Shown here in pieces: positions 1 through 13,799 of a DNA stretch of 64,000 nt (its first letter is position 1; each line of letters opens with the position of its first letter). The notes under the pieces are model-generated. The model was not told where the DNA came from and made no database searches. It worked only from the letters and a program-made list of their open reading frames with translations. The translations under genes and the position numbers were made by a program. This DNA is from Paecilomyces variotii (lineage: Eukaryota), in assembly GCA_004022145.1 (NCBI GenBank), contig RCNU01000001.1, one strand, 5' to 3'.

Positions 1-3000
1 ATTTATAGTATAACCTTAATAAGACCTTATTACTAGGGGTAAAATAGATTAGCCAGTAATTTTTATTATATACACACTTAATATTTATAGCAGCTAAGCG
101 AAGTGCTTTACATATATTAAGTTATAAGGTAAAATCTTAGATTTCTCTGTTATAGAGGTTTATAGCATTACCTAGTTAAGTACTATATATTAAATTATAT
201 AGGGACCTTATTATAATAGATAATAGGCTAGAGTTTAATACTAATTGCATTAATAATAGAACCTTAGGCTAAGCTATAATATTTTTTAAAGCAACTAAGT
301 AGTACTATAGAGTAATTTTAGCTATTTAATTTATTTACTCTAACTGCCTATCTATTTATAAGTAATATACTATTAAATATAGTAATTTAGTATTAAGATA
401 CTTAAATAGGCCTTTCTATAAATTTAATAGAAACTTTAAATTACGATTTAATAGGATTACTAATAGAATGCCTTAATTATTAATCTGAAATTATTTAAAT
501 AATACTAAAGCCCAGTCTTTAGCTGTCTATATATCTTGCCCCGGTATAAATATAACTTGCTTTATAAATTTGCAAGTAATAGTTAAGATTTAATTATATA
601 GCCTTATATTTAGTAATCTTATGATAAAGTCTATAGTAATTATATAAAAAGGGATATTTAGTATAAGGATAGGCTAATAGCTGCTATAAGGTACATAATA
701 ATATATTTAATTTATCTGACATAAATAGCAATGTTTAATATATATTTTAATTTACTTTATAAGTTTATAGATTATAAAGTCGCGAATATTAGCGATTATC
801 TAGTAATACCCAGGGTATCTTATATTATTATAAGCTATTTTAAGTATATTCTTAAGGACTAACTGTAGTATATAGAGATATTACATATTATTAATATTAA
901 TTATATAAAGGAGTTTATCGCAAATTATAAAAGGAAAATATGCAGAATTTATATTATCCTATAATATAGTAAGAATCTTAGACTAGTAAGAATTAGTTTT
1001 ATAGCCTTCTTTTAATTAGGTCTTAAATTTCTATAATAACTTAATAAGAGTTATATTATATTATAGCTTATCCTTAGTATTATTAGTATATGTAGTTCTG
1101 AGAAATATAGTAGCTAAATAGTATTTAATATCTTTTAGTATAGGGGCATATAGCTTAATAGAGAGTAATTTAAGATATAATAGCGCGTCTATAATAATAT
1201 TATTATATCTTAGCTTATATATAAGCATAATATTAAATCTCTGTATATATTGTAATATTAAGATAAGGTATAAGTTAATTTAATCTATAAATATTAATTA
1301 GAGAGATATCTGCTTAGTAATTATAATTATAGTGCTATAGTCTGTAAAAATAATTAATAGCTTTTAATAAGCTTTAATAATATAGTATATCTTATATAAT
1401 GCCTATATTAAATATACTATCTTTATTTTTATTAGCTAATATCTCTTTTTAGCTATATTAAGCTATTTTAAAAAGAATATAATTAGCTAAACTTTTAGTC
1501 GGTTAGATATAGCCTTAAGAAGCTTATAAACTGCGAAAAGATAGTAATTATCTAGCTAAGCCTTAGTATTATTATAAAGGTAATACAGTATAATACTAAA
1601 GCCGGAGATATTAGTATTAATATTAAAGTAAAGCTGGCGCTTCGAGTTATAGTATATAAGGAAAGATAAATTACTAAAATGCCTTTAAATAGCATTATAT
1701 ATATCTATCTTAGCTTATAATAGTAAAGCTAGGATTATATTTTTTATAAAACTTTACTATGCCTTTTTTTTTATAGGGGTTCTATTTAGAAATACTGTCT
1801 TCCAATCCTATAGGGGCTGTATAATCTTAGTATATTAAGGGATATATTGCTTAAACTATTCTATTAAGCTAAGGTATAATTTTAATATTTAGGCTATATA
1901 AGGGAATAGGATATTAATTATAGCCTTTACCTTCTTACTAACAGTACTTATTCTTAATAAGTTAATATAATAACCTAGTAGTTATATAGAGAGAAATCTT
2001 ATAAAGGACTTTTTTAGATTAAACCTAATATTAAGCTGCTATATCTTTCTAAAGACCTTATATAGATATATATAATAATTATTAATTGTATTAGAAATAA
2101 CTATAATATTATTAATATATATCCTTATAAATTTATAGAAGGCTTACAGGTAATAATCTATTTAGTGCTAGATATATACTAGTGTATTATAAAAGCCTAT
2201 AACAGTAATATTAAAAATCTCCTGTCCTCTATATAATATAATAAAAAGGTAATTCTTATAGTTGCGTTAGATGCGCTATTAATACTAGAAGGATACTATA
2301 TTAAATACTGAAATAAAGCATTTCCCTGCAATAAGTGCGATAATCTCTTCTTATAATAGAAGGGGATAAATATTGGGTTTAATAATATAGTTTAGCCTAT
2401 AGATATCTATAACTACCTTGCCTTTATAGATTATTATATTATTATACTCTATATTACGCTAGATAATAAATATAGAATATCTGCTTAGTATATAATTAGT
2501 AGCGTATTCTATCCTTCCTTATTAATATAGCTTATTAAAGGTCTAATTAATAACTTTATAATCTTTAGGGCTAAGAGGGTAAATCTTAGTATATTTAAGA
2601 ATACTTAATTCCTATCCTTCTTTTAGTAGGATAGTTATCTACTAGTCTAGGGGAATATTAGTAAATTTATAGTTTAACTAGATATTATAAGCTCTAACTA
2701 TTTTCTTAAGCTTATTAGTAATCTCTAAGGGCCTATAGATAGTAATACTAATATTAAGTTTTTTTTTAAAGCTTAGATTATTATTTTAAGTAGCTAGTCC
2801 CTTAGTTTTATTAGAAGGTAACTGTACTAACTGCGCTAAGAATATTATAATAAGGTTAATATAAAATATATTAGTCTCTTTATATTTGCTTATTAGACCT
2901 AAATATATCTTTTATAGAATAGCCTATTCTGTATTTATAGTATTAATTGCCTAAATAAAGGTAAAATTAGCATTTATTAGATAAGTATATAGACTTACCC

Positions 3001-5700
3001 TTTAGTAGTTAAGCTTAAAAAGATAATTATAATCTTCTGCAAGGTATCCTTTAAAATATATTAGAATATATATAGAACTATTTAGTAGCACTATTATTTT
3101 ATATATAGAATAGATTAGTTATAGTAAATTATAGTTTAATTTTATAGTAATCTTTAGCGGGATATAGATATCCTTAATAACAATATAGGCTAAAGTAGTA
3201 AGGTGCGTTAATATGCTATAACAACTTATTATATTAACTTTAAGCAGAAGGTTTGCTTTAAGATAATTAATTAAGTAAGCTTTAATTTCAAGCTGAAGGA
3301 TTATTAGCTTAGAATAAACTAGCTCAGAATAAAGAGTAGCTAGATAATCTAGGGTAAGCTAAATATAGATTAATAAGTTATAAACTATAGGTCTTATCTT
3401 ATTAATCTTTATTTTAGATATATAATAGATCTTTACTTATAGTATTACTTATTTAAAGAATATTTTATCAATTATTATTATAGAGTATTTTAAATTTAAG
3501 CAGGTTAGCTTTGCCTTAATACTGCTAGTAATATATACTTTTACTATAATATAATACTATCTATAAAAAGTATAGCTAGAAAGTGCTTATTTAACTAGGG
3601 ACTTAGCAATAATAAGTTATAATATTATATACTATAATGCTGCCACAGCTGCGCCTATAATAATAGGTAACGCAATATTAGATATTATAATATCTAGCGC
3701 GATATTAAATACTCTAATAAGAAGAGAATATATAGTTAATTTCTAATAGTAATTAGTATTATATAGATAATTATAGAGCTTATTATTTAATTAGAAGACT
3801 GCCTAGCATAGCCGATATTTAAATATAGAAATAATTAGTAATATAGTATAGTTTATATAGGTATTATAGTTGTTTTTATTATAATCTATATACTGAGCAT
3901 TATTATATCTACCTTAGTAGCCGTCTTAGTAGTAGTAGTTATTATATTCTTCTAAAAAATTAATTAAATTAGGGGTTTAATCTAGGGCTGCTGTATTATA
4001 TATTTCTAATTTATAAGTATTATAGTTACCTTACTGCCTATAGTTCCCTTCTATAATATCTATAGATTGCCTTATTCTAATACCTATATAAGCTGCAGCT
4101 TAAGGCTATACTAAAAAAGAAGGGCCTTAATTATTATTATTATTTCTATACTATTATAAGTAAGTTCTATTTAAAGCTTACTAGTTCTAGTTATTATAAT
4201 ATAGGAACTAGCGCAGTTATATTAGGGGTTAGCCCTAACTTTAAGTCTAATACTACTATATCTAATATAATTATATCTATACATTTATCTATTAATAGGG
4301 TATTATATTCAGATAGTTAGGATAATTATAGCCTTAATAGTTTTTATTCTGCATAAACTATTATAGGGCTCTATCTCTAGTCTAATTAGTATTATTAGTA
4401 TTACCTTAGTTCTGCCTTAGGAAGTTTAATAAGAAGAGAAGATAATAAGAAAAGGCTCTATTATTATTATAATTGTATTACTAATAATAGCATTAATTCT
4501 CCTTCGCCTGCTTTTACTATACTATATAAGCTTTTTTAATTATCTAGATAAAGTCTGATACTATAATATTTTCCTATAGCGCCTATATATTATACTTAAA
4601 TAATAAGGAAAACCTATTCTATATAGCTAAGAGTTAACTATATATTTTTCTTATTTCTATAGCATTTAATAAATATAATACTTATTAAATAAACTTTTAG
4701 AGAGTTTAGCCTGCTATAATATCCTATATAATATAATATAAAGACTTAAGCTATTTTATAGCAGCTATAGTATTAATCTTAAAATATTTTATAAGCTATA
4801 GGATCTAACCTTCTTTAACAGGATATATATATAGAACTTTATAGTTGTAATTAGATAGCTTAGCTATATACTATTATAAGGCTAAGCTATATAATAATAT
4901 TTAAATATAGCTTTATATAATAGATTCTCCTTTTATTACAGCTAAATTATAGATTTAATTAGCAAAAATATAAATATCCCTATAGTAAGTATAGCTTCCT
5001 ACTATTATAATAGGACCTATCTTAATATAGTTTTTATTACTTAAATTAGGGTAGAAATATCCTAGCTCTACTTGCTTCTATAGCATACTATTAATTATAG
5101 CACTTATTAGCGTCCCCGGGGTAAATCTAGTATTTAGGTTTGCTAAAGGATTATAGCTAAGAGTTTAGTTTTAAACTAGTTACTGTTATTAATCTTACTG
5201 CTATTAATATTAATATTGCTGCTATTAGTAGCTAGGTTAGCTATTATTTTAAGCCATATTATTTTAAGCTATATTATTCTAACTTATAAGGTATTCTATT
5301 ATTTAGCGATTAGATTCTATTATTTGCTAGAATATCTCTATTAATATAGCATTAGAATCTATAGCCGGCAGTGCTATAGATGCAGCCGGGTTAATAGGGT
5401 TTATTATACTATTAATATTTGCTGCTAATTATATTAAATGCAGTAGTAATTTTAAGAAAGAACGCAGTAGGTTAACTAATAAAACCCTTTAATACTTAGT
5501 TACCTAGCTCTAGAAGATAGAATTCTAAAGACTTCTAATAACTAAATTAGGCAAAGATAGATAAGGAGATATAACTAGAATATATAACTTAGGTTATTCT
5601 TATTACTTCTGCTAGTATTTATCTTATAATAAAGCTATAAAGGTACTATATAAATATATAAAATGCAGTTTACCCAGCAGCTGTATAAGTTTTATTATAA
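1..5700 (-). mobile_element. Ty3/Gypsy LTR retrotransposon relic (gag-pol), running off the left edge within integrase
   Basis: Minus-strand de-RIP readings: gag-like W-K-Q-V-E-L-G-Y-F-Y-P (~5050-5080); RT 'KG(R)VV(V)DI(R)RLN' (~2390-2425) and 'Y(VDD)IIV' (~2100-2122); integrase-like region below ~900. The right boundary/LTR is not resolved. Confidence 0.75.
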
Positions 5701-6739
5701 AATTAGCTAGATCTGTTATATTAAACTGCTACTTCTAGAAAGTAGGGTATTTTATTAATATTAATATAAATTTAAGAAAGTCTTTAATAGCGCTATAAAG
5801 GATAAACCAGTCTATTACCTATAATACAGGAAATACAAATTATCCTACTTAAGGAGGTAATAACCTTAGCTTAATCTAGAATACTTTAATATAAGCTAAC
5901 AAATTATACTTTAAGGAGTTAACTCCTAGGTATTAGGATAAAATAAAATTAATAAGATTAACTATCTTATAGTTAAACTAGTCTTTAAATTAAGAGGATA
6001 CTATTTAAAATACTGCTAAACTATATATAAGCTTTAATATCCCTTTAAATAGTATAGGGAGATATTAGCTCTAATCTGGTTAATTCTCCTTTAAGAGCTA
6101 GCTTATTATAGAGGCTTAACCTTAGCTTCTTTAGGTAAAATACCTAGTAGGGGAAACTAAAGCTAAAAATAATAATACTAGAGATAAAGATAATAAAACT
6201 AATAGTATAATATAAGATTCTGATAAAAAGGTAGTACTTTTAAATATAATATTTATAGGAGACTTATAGTATCCCCAGGCGTAAGATACTAGAGAAGATA
6301 GCTTAATATAAATAAATTAATAAGAGATATTAAATTATAATTAATAGAGGCAAGACTTAATAATATTAAGATAAATTTTAATAAAAAGTAATATAGATAA
6401 TATAATAACTGAAGACTTAATATATAATAGGGAATAGACTGCGGATAACCCGCTAGTATTAGAAGCTAGCTTAAGATATTAATAATAATAATAATTAAAT
6501 AGTACAGTAGTTTACTATAATAGCTTTTAAAATACTCCTAACAATAGTTAGGCCCTAAATAACCTAGATATGCTATTAATTTAACAGGGTTAGAGGATAA
6601 AGAAGTTAATTTCTATAAGCTATGTAAGGAAGTAACTATATAGCTAAGTCGTTGCCTGAGGCTTTTATACCTCGCACCTCTATGCCCTATTAAAATAGCA
6701 GGCGGCGCCAAGGTAGCATTATATACCCCGTGTCCCTAT

Positions 6740-7019
6740 TACTAGATATAAAGCTAAGCCTTTTCTATATCTTAATCTCTAAGCTCTATTTACCTTATAT
6801 AAAGAAGTAGAAGGTCTTCTATAGTCTTAACTTTATCTTATATTAATATCTTTTAAGTAAGTACTTTTAGTTTAATTAGTAGTACTATATTATATTCTAT
6901 AATTACTTTAAATAGCGTTAAACCTATAGAGCTTTTAATTATATTTCTATTTGCCTAGATTATTACTAGCAGATAGTTTACTTAATTTATCCTTATTTTT
7001 TTTATAAGTTTTCTAATGC
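6740..7019 (-). mobile_element. Integrase fragment of inverted Ylt1-like copy B (left piece)
   Basis: The reverse complement aligns with ~12,890-13,170 of copy A and joins 17,433 onward across the ATGC duplication. Confidence 0.85.
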
Positions 7020-7360
7020 TATAGTAGGGGGAAATAGTAAAGAGATTTTAAAGATATAATTAGGTTAGCAAGTTATATACTATTATTAGAAGAGGTAGCT
7101 TAAATACTTCTAATAAGGTATAAGGGGAGGAAGGGTATTAATCAGTTAGTTAATATAAAATAGAATAAATAATCCTTTCTTAATTATATTTTAGTATTAG
7201 TCTAGTATTAAAGCAGCCTCTTTTTTATTATATTATTTTATTCTCTAAGCTTCTCTTTTAACTCTACTTTAGAGCCTAAAGACTTAAGCTATTCTTCCCT
7301 TTCTTTATATTCTTATACTTTAAGATTTATTATTAAGTCTTAATACCCTTTCTTATAATA
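7020..7360 (+). repeat. 5' LTR of copy A
   Basis: Ends are TATAGTAGG...TTATAATA, the RIP form of TG...CA. Direct repeat of 17088-17428. Confidence 0.9.
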
Positions 7361-7849
7361 AATTAGAGCTAAATATAAGGGGTATTAAAATATTAAGCAA
7401 AAATAAAGAAGAAAGAAAAATTAGAAGCTAAGGTTAAGATAAAAGCTAAAAAAAGAGATAAAAAATAATAAAAAAATAAGCAAGATAATTAAAGAAGATT
7501 ATCACTATAAATAAAAAAAGATAAATATATCTTATAGATTAGCAGAGATAATAAATATAATATAAAATAAAAATATATACTAATAATAAAAAAAAGAAAA
7601 AATTACTAAATATAAAGAAGAACTTAGTAGATATAAAAAGAAAATAAAAATTTAAAAGAAATAAGAAATTATTAAATAAGAACTATTTATTAAAAAGTAG
7701 AAGAACTTCTTATTATTATCTTTATTACTATTCCTTTAAAAAAATATAAAAAAAAGCACTAATCTTTTTAGCATTAATTAAGATAAAAGAATTTTTAGCT
7801 CCTTAATATTATTAGGTCTAAAGGCATAGATAGCTTAAGTATTTAAAAA

Positions 7850-10800
7850 TATAGGATTACTAATAGCACAACTAATTTAGATTATATTAGCTCTATAAAT
7901 GCTAATACCTAAGAATCCTAGAGTATCTTATTTTAAAAGGGATAATATTACTTATTATCTAAGGCTTTTTAAGAGGCTATATAAAGCAAATTAACTCCTA
8001 AAAAAAGAAAAAACTAAATAGTTTATAGACTATTATAGCCTATTAATATTATTATAAATAAGTACTTAATTTAAATATAAAAAGAAGAACTATTTAAAAC
8101 TAGTAAAAGTAATTAAATAAGAGTATATCTATTATAATAAGTATTAAAAAAAATATAATATTTAATAGCTAAAAAGGTTTAAAAATATAAAATATAATAG
8201 CTCTAAGGATTTAAGAGAATATAATTAAGAATATTAAGCTATATTAAAAGCGCTAGTAACTTTAAATAAATTAAGCTAATACTTATAAGGAGTTTAATAT
8301 CTTTAAAAACTTTTAGAAAAACTTAAGCAATAAATAGTTTAAGAGTTAAATATAAACTATTATACTCTATCTACTATTAAATATATTAATTTTTATAAGG
8401 AGATAGCAAATAAAATAAAAATAATTAAAACCCTTTATTACCTTAATAATAAAAAACTAAAAAAAGATTAAGATATAATAGCTTTAAAAGAGAAGATAAC
8501 TAAAAAAGATAATATATAATTTCTTATTAAATCTAATAGAATCTACTTAAATAAGAATAAGAATAAAATTAAATAATAGAGTATTAAAGTAAAGTTAATA
8601 AAGCAGTTATAAATTAATTAGTTAATAAAAGAGTTTAAGAAGTTAAAACTATATAATATATAATATATAGAGAGGCTTAATAGTAGTATACCTAATATTA
8701 GCATAAATATATAAATTAGGGCGCCTTTAAGATTTAATCTAGCTAAAGAATTAAAAATATCTCTAAACTTATATAACTTCTGCTAGGCTTCTAATTATAT
8801 CTAATCTTATTATCTAGATTTAAAGAATTTTTTAAATTAGAAACTTATCTATTAAAAAAAAGACTATAAACTTTATTTTAGATTAGAAGGATAAAATAAA
8901 GAAGTTATTTATCTTATATAGGGAAATATATTATAAAAGAAGATTATTAAGCAGAGACTAAAAGAAAAATAAAAGAATATTAGCTTAATTAAATATAATA
9001 TCTAGTTAATTATGCTGGGGCAACCTAGGAATAACTTAAGCTTAAAGGAAGAAGCAGAGGATATTATAGAAAATTATTACTCTATTAATATAATAAGATT
9101 AAATAAACCTTAAGGAGTAAAGAAAAGATAAAGTAAGACTAAATAATTATATAAAAAAAAACTACAAAAAGCAATTAAAAGGGAGTAAAGATTTTTTTTA
9201 ATTAAAATAAATTAATTTAATAATTATTAGCCTCTAAGTATAATAGAGAAAGTGAGGATAATTAAAAAAAAATAAAAAATATATTTAAGCAGAATAAGAG
9301 TAAAAAGACTATTAAGATAAAAGAGAGATAGAAATTAAAGAGATTTAAGATTATAAATAAGCTAAAAGGGACTATTAATATAATAAAAGTTATAAACTAG
9401 ATATTAAATACTGGAGTTTAAATATTAATCTAGGACCTTATTAGTCTATCTCCTAGTCTATATAAGGCCCTGTTTATATTATAACTGTAGTAAGTAATAA
9501 TAAAAATAGTCTTTTATAATACTAAAGGAGTATAGTTTAATACCTCTATATTAAATATAGAGTATATAGTAAATAGTGCGGATTAATATACTTATATATT
9601 CTTATAATTTAAGCCTCTTAATAAAGATAAGATGCTATATATAGCTATAACTCTAAAGTTACTAATCTAGATTAATAGTTATAAGAAGGCTTAAAATATT
9701 ATAATAGATAGTAGAGCCAAAATTAATATAATATATAGAGATATAGTAAATTACTATAAGCTTATTATAAGCTAGAAATTTAGAGGTAATATAATATTAG
9801 CAGATAGTAGCTAAACCCCTTTTATAAGTCTCTATAAAGAGATATTTATATAAATAAGATTTTTTTATTATAAAGTTCCTTTCTTTATAATAAATAATAA
9901 GATTAACTATAATTATATCTTAGGATATTCTTTTAAATATTAAATATATTTATAGTATATTGCTTTATTAGATAAAATAGTAAAAAGCATAATTTATTTT
10001 ATAGACTAGAAGAATTAGGCAGTAATATAAGTATTTTTAATAAATAACCTAAGAAATAAGTTAAGAAAAGAAATATTATATAATCTATTATCCTAGGTAT
10101 AAAAGTTATTAAACTAAAATTAGAAAAGAATAATAGGTATTAGACTAAGAATAGAAAAGGCCTATAAGAGTTATACTTAGTAAATAATATTAGTTTTAGA
10201 GTAAGTAAGAAAATTAAAAATAAAGAGGTAGGGATATTTAAACCTATTAAATTAAATAAAAAAGTTAGAAGATTATAGGGGTATAAACTATCTAGAAGGT
10301 ATAACTTTTTTATTATAAAAATAAAATATTTTATTAATATATAGTATAAAAAGAAATATAAAAAGGTTTATTTAGTAAATATATTAAACAGACCTATTAT
10401 AGCTTTAGGGGGGCTATTAAAATAAAAAAAAATTATTAAAGAGCATTATTATAAGAACTTTTAAAAAAGTATAAAAAAAATATATAAAGGATTTACTAAA
10501 TATATTCAGCTAAAAATATTAAATATTAAGAGAGAAATAAAACTAATATTAAACTGTCTGAAGAACCTTATTATAGGAGATAATTTATAGCTAAAGAAGA
10601 AAGAACTATTAATAGAGGTGCTTTTTACCTAAGAAATAGCCCTTACCTAGACCTTTAAAGAGATTAAATAAATATATCTAAAAGTTGCACCTCTAATTAT
10701 TATTTAAATTATAGATTATAAATTATAGCAGGTAAAGAGCTTTTTAATATTAAAGGCACTTTATAGTATAGTATAAAAAATAGTAAAAAAAAGAATAAAT

Positions 10801-13570
10801 ATAAGAATCCTTAAATATAGTTAAAGACCCTATTAAAATCTATAATTCCTGGTAAAAAAAAAGCAATAAATATTAGCTAATTAATATAGTTATAAAAGTT
10901 AATTAAGTAATAATATAAGATATTAATCTACTCCCTTTAACTAATAAGTTCTTAGAAGAGTTTAGTAGAATACTAGTATTAATATTTATAAACTTATTCT
11001 CTAGATATAATTAGTTAGAATTAGCTGAAGAATTGCAGGACTTAATAGCTTTCTATATACTAGGGATTGGTTTAGTTTATTAAGCTAAACTACTCTAAGA
11101 ATAGATAAATATAGTATAAAAGTTTATATAAGGGGTTATAAGAGCACTAGCAGATAATATTCCTAATATTTATAATATATTTCTGGATAATATACTAATA
11201 TAAGGACCTAAAATTAATTATAGGGGGGAAAAGATACTGCTAGAAATTAAAAGGTTTATATTTAAATATATCTAGAATATTAATAAGATACTATATAGTC
11301 TTAAACTTGCAGGTTTAATAATTACTAGGGAGAAATTATAATTTATAGTATTAGAAATTAAAGTAATAGGCTATATATATAATGTTAAAGGGAGATATCT
11401 TAAGTTAGCTAAGGTAATTAAAATCTTAAAATAGCTATCTTATTAAAACTTATAAAAAGTAAGAGAATTTTTAAGGATTATAGCCTATTACTAGATATAG
11501 ATTAAAAGATATATTATTAAGGCTAAACTAATATACTTAATATTAAGGAAGGGATAAGACTTTCTTTAAGGGCTAGAATAATAAAAAATAATAAATATCT
11601 TAAAAATAGCTTTAATAATAGTACTAGCACTTAAGCTAATTAATTATAAAAAAGAAGGTATAATTATTATTAATACTAATACTAGTAGTAATAAATAGAG
11701 GGTATAACTTATTTAAGAAGAGAAGGAGTTTAATAAGAGATACTTAGCCAGATATAAAAGTAGAATATAAATATAAGCAGAGAGATAATATAATAAAAAA
11801 AAAACTAGAGTATAAGGTAATACTAAAGGCGCTTTATAAATTCTAAGTATATTTATATAGTATATACTTTTAATTAAAAGTAGATATAAAAACTCTAGTT
11901 ATATAATTAAATAAAATAGCTATAAACCTCCCTAAGTTAGTAATTATTTAATAAATTGCTTAGATTTAGCTATTTAACTTTAATATTATTTATATATTAG
12001 GGAAAAAAAACTTAGTTATAAATAAATTATCTCAGAAGCCGGTAATAGAATAAGATTTAGAAGAGATAGAAGATAATAATATAAAGAAATTCCTAAACCT
12101 ATAGTTTTATATAGTCTATTATACTAGTATATAAAAAGTAGAATTAAATAGTATCTCTTAATTAATACCTATATTATATTAGTTAAAAAAGTCTTTACTA
12201 ATTGCAGAATAATTATAAATTATAATAAAACTAGCCAATATAAACTAGGGATAATATACTAAGTTTAAAAAGGAGGCTATAAAGTATATAGTATAAGATA
12301 ATATCCTTTTCTAAAAAGCATAGCAGAATTAACCTTATTAAATAATTATTAATAATAAAAAAAAGTAAAAAGAGATTCTTACTACTCTTTATAAAGAATA
12401 TAAATATTAAAAATATAAAGCAATATATAGGAAAGTAGCTAATTAATATTAATAAAAAGGCCTATATAAATATATTGCCAGATAGGTAAAGATATATAAT
12501 AAATATTAAAAAGCTAATAAAGAATATATAGAAAAAGCTTTATAATTAATATTTATTTTATTAGGAAGATTAAAACTATATCTAAATATCTGTAAGATTA
12601 TATTACTTAATAAAGGAAAGACTTATATTACTATACTTTAAGACAACTTTAGTTAAATTAAATATAAAATACTTAGCAGCCCTACTTTAAGAGCTATTAT
12701 TAAATTTTTATAAAAAGATTAGATTTATTATTAGAAAGTAATAAAAACTCTTATTAATAATAGAGAATTAAAGAATAAAGCCGCAGTTAATATATTAGTA
12801 TAAAAATATAAGATTAATTATATTAAAGTCTTACTATATAACCTGCAAGTAAATAGAACAGTTAAAGTTATATATAAGTCCTTTATATATAGTATTAAGA
12901 AACTTATAAAAGGAATAAGGGTAAATTAGGTAAATTATTTACTAGCTATAATCTGGGCAAATAGAAATATAATTAAAACCTTTACTAGTTTAATACTATT
13001 TAGAGTAATTATAGAATATAATATAGTATTGCTAATTAAACTAGAAGTACTTATTTAGAAGATATTAATATAGGATAAAGTTAAAACTACAGAAGATCTT
13101 CTCCTTCTTTATATAAGGTAGATAAAACTTAGGGATTAGGATATAGAAGAAGTATAGCTTTATATCTAATATATAAGGGAAGCTAATAAAAAAGCCTTTA
13201 ATAATAAAAAATAACTTTATAAGGAGTAGCTAATTAAAGGATAACTTATTCTATTCTATAATATAAAGCTTAAGATATCTTATTTTGCTAAACTAGTATA
13301 TTGCTAGTTTAAACTATACTAGATTAAGAAAGTCCTTTAGAAAGGTTTTTATAAACTTAAGGAGTTAAATAGTATAGCTTTTTAAGATTTAATCTATAGA
13401 AATTGCTTAAAAGGCTATTATTTATAAGATAATTAAAGAGGTATATTAGTAATAAATAATAATATAGAACCTAAGTAAAAAAATTAGTAAATAAATAAAG
13501 ATAAAAATAATATAAATTAAATACTACCTAAATTAATATATATAGTTATAGTCTTAGTACCCTCCTTTTA
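7850..13570 (+). pseudogene. gag-pol relic of copy A
   Basis: De-RIP motifs: gag P.F.GDNVT.YL..FE (~7930); CCHC knuckle C-D-F-C-x4-H-x4-C (~8772-8815); protease IDSGAEIN (~9705-9730); RT FLDD (~11,180); RNase H TDAS..GWG (~11,675); integrase YNPQANG.VE (~12,840) and RWFGPY (~13,305). Ends approximate. Confidence 0.85.
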
Positions 13571-13799
13571 AAAATATTAGCTTAAAAGAAGGGGAAGTAA
13601 AAGGCTAATAATAAAGTAAGTTTAATATTAGATAAGGATTTAGCTTAGGATAAAAGAGAGTAGATAAACTAAAAATAAAAGTACTTAAATTTTTTAAAGG
13701 AGGAGAGAAACTTAAGGATAAATAAAATAAAAGAGTATATATATATTATTAGAAGAGTAAGGTTAAACTCTTCTAATTACTAAAAAAGGAAAATATTAA

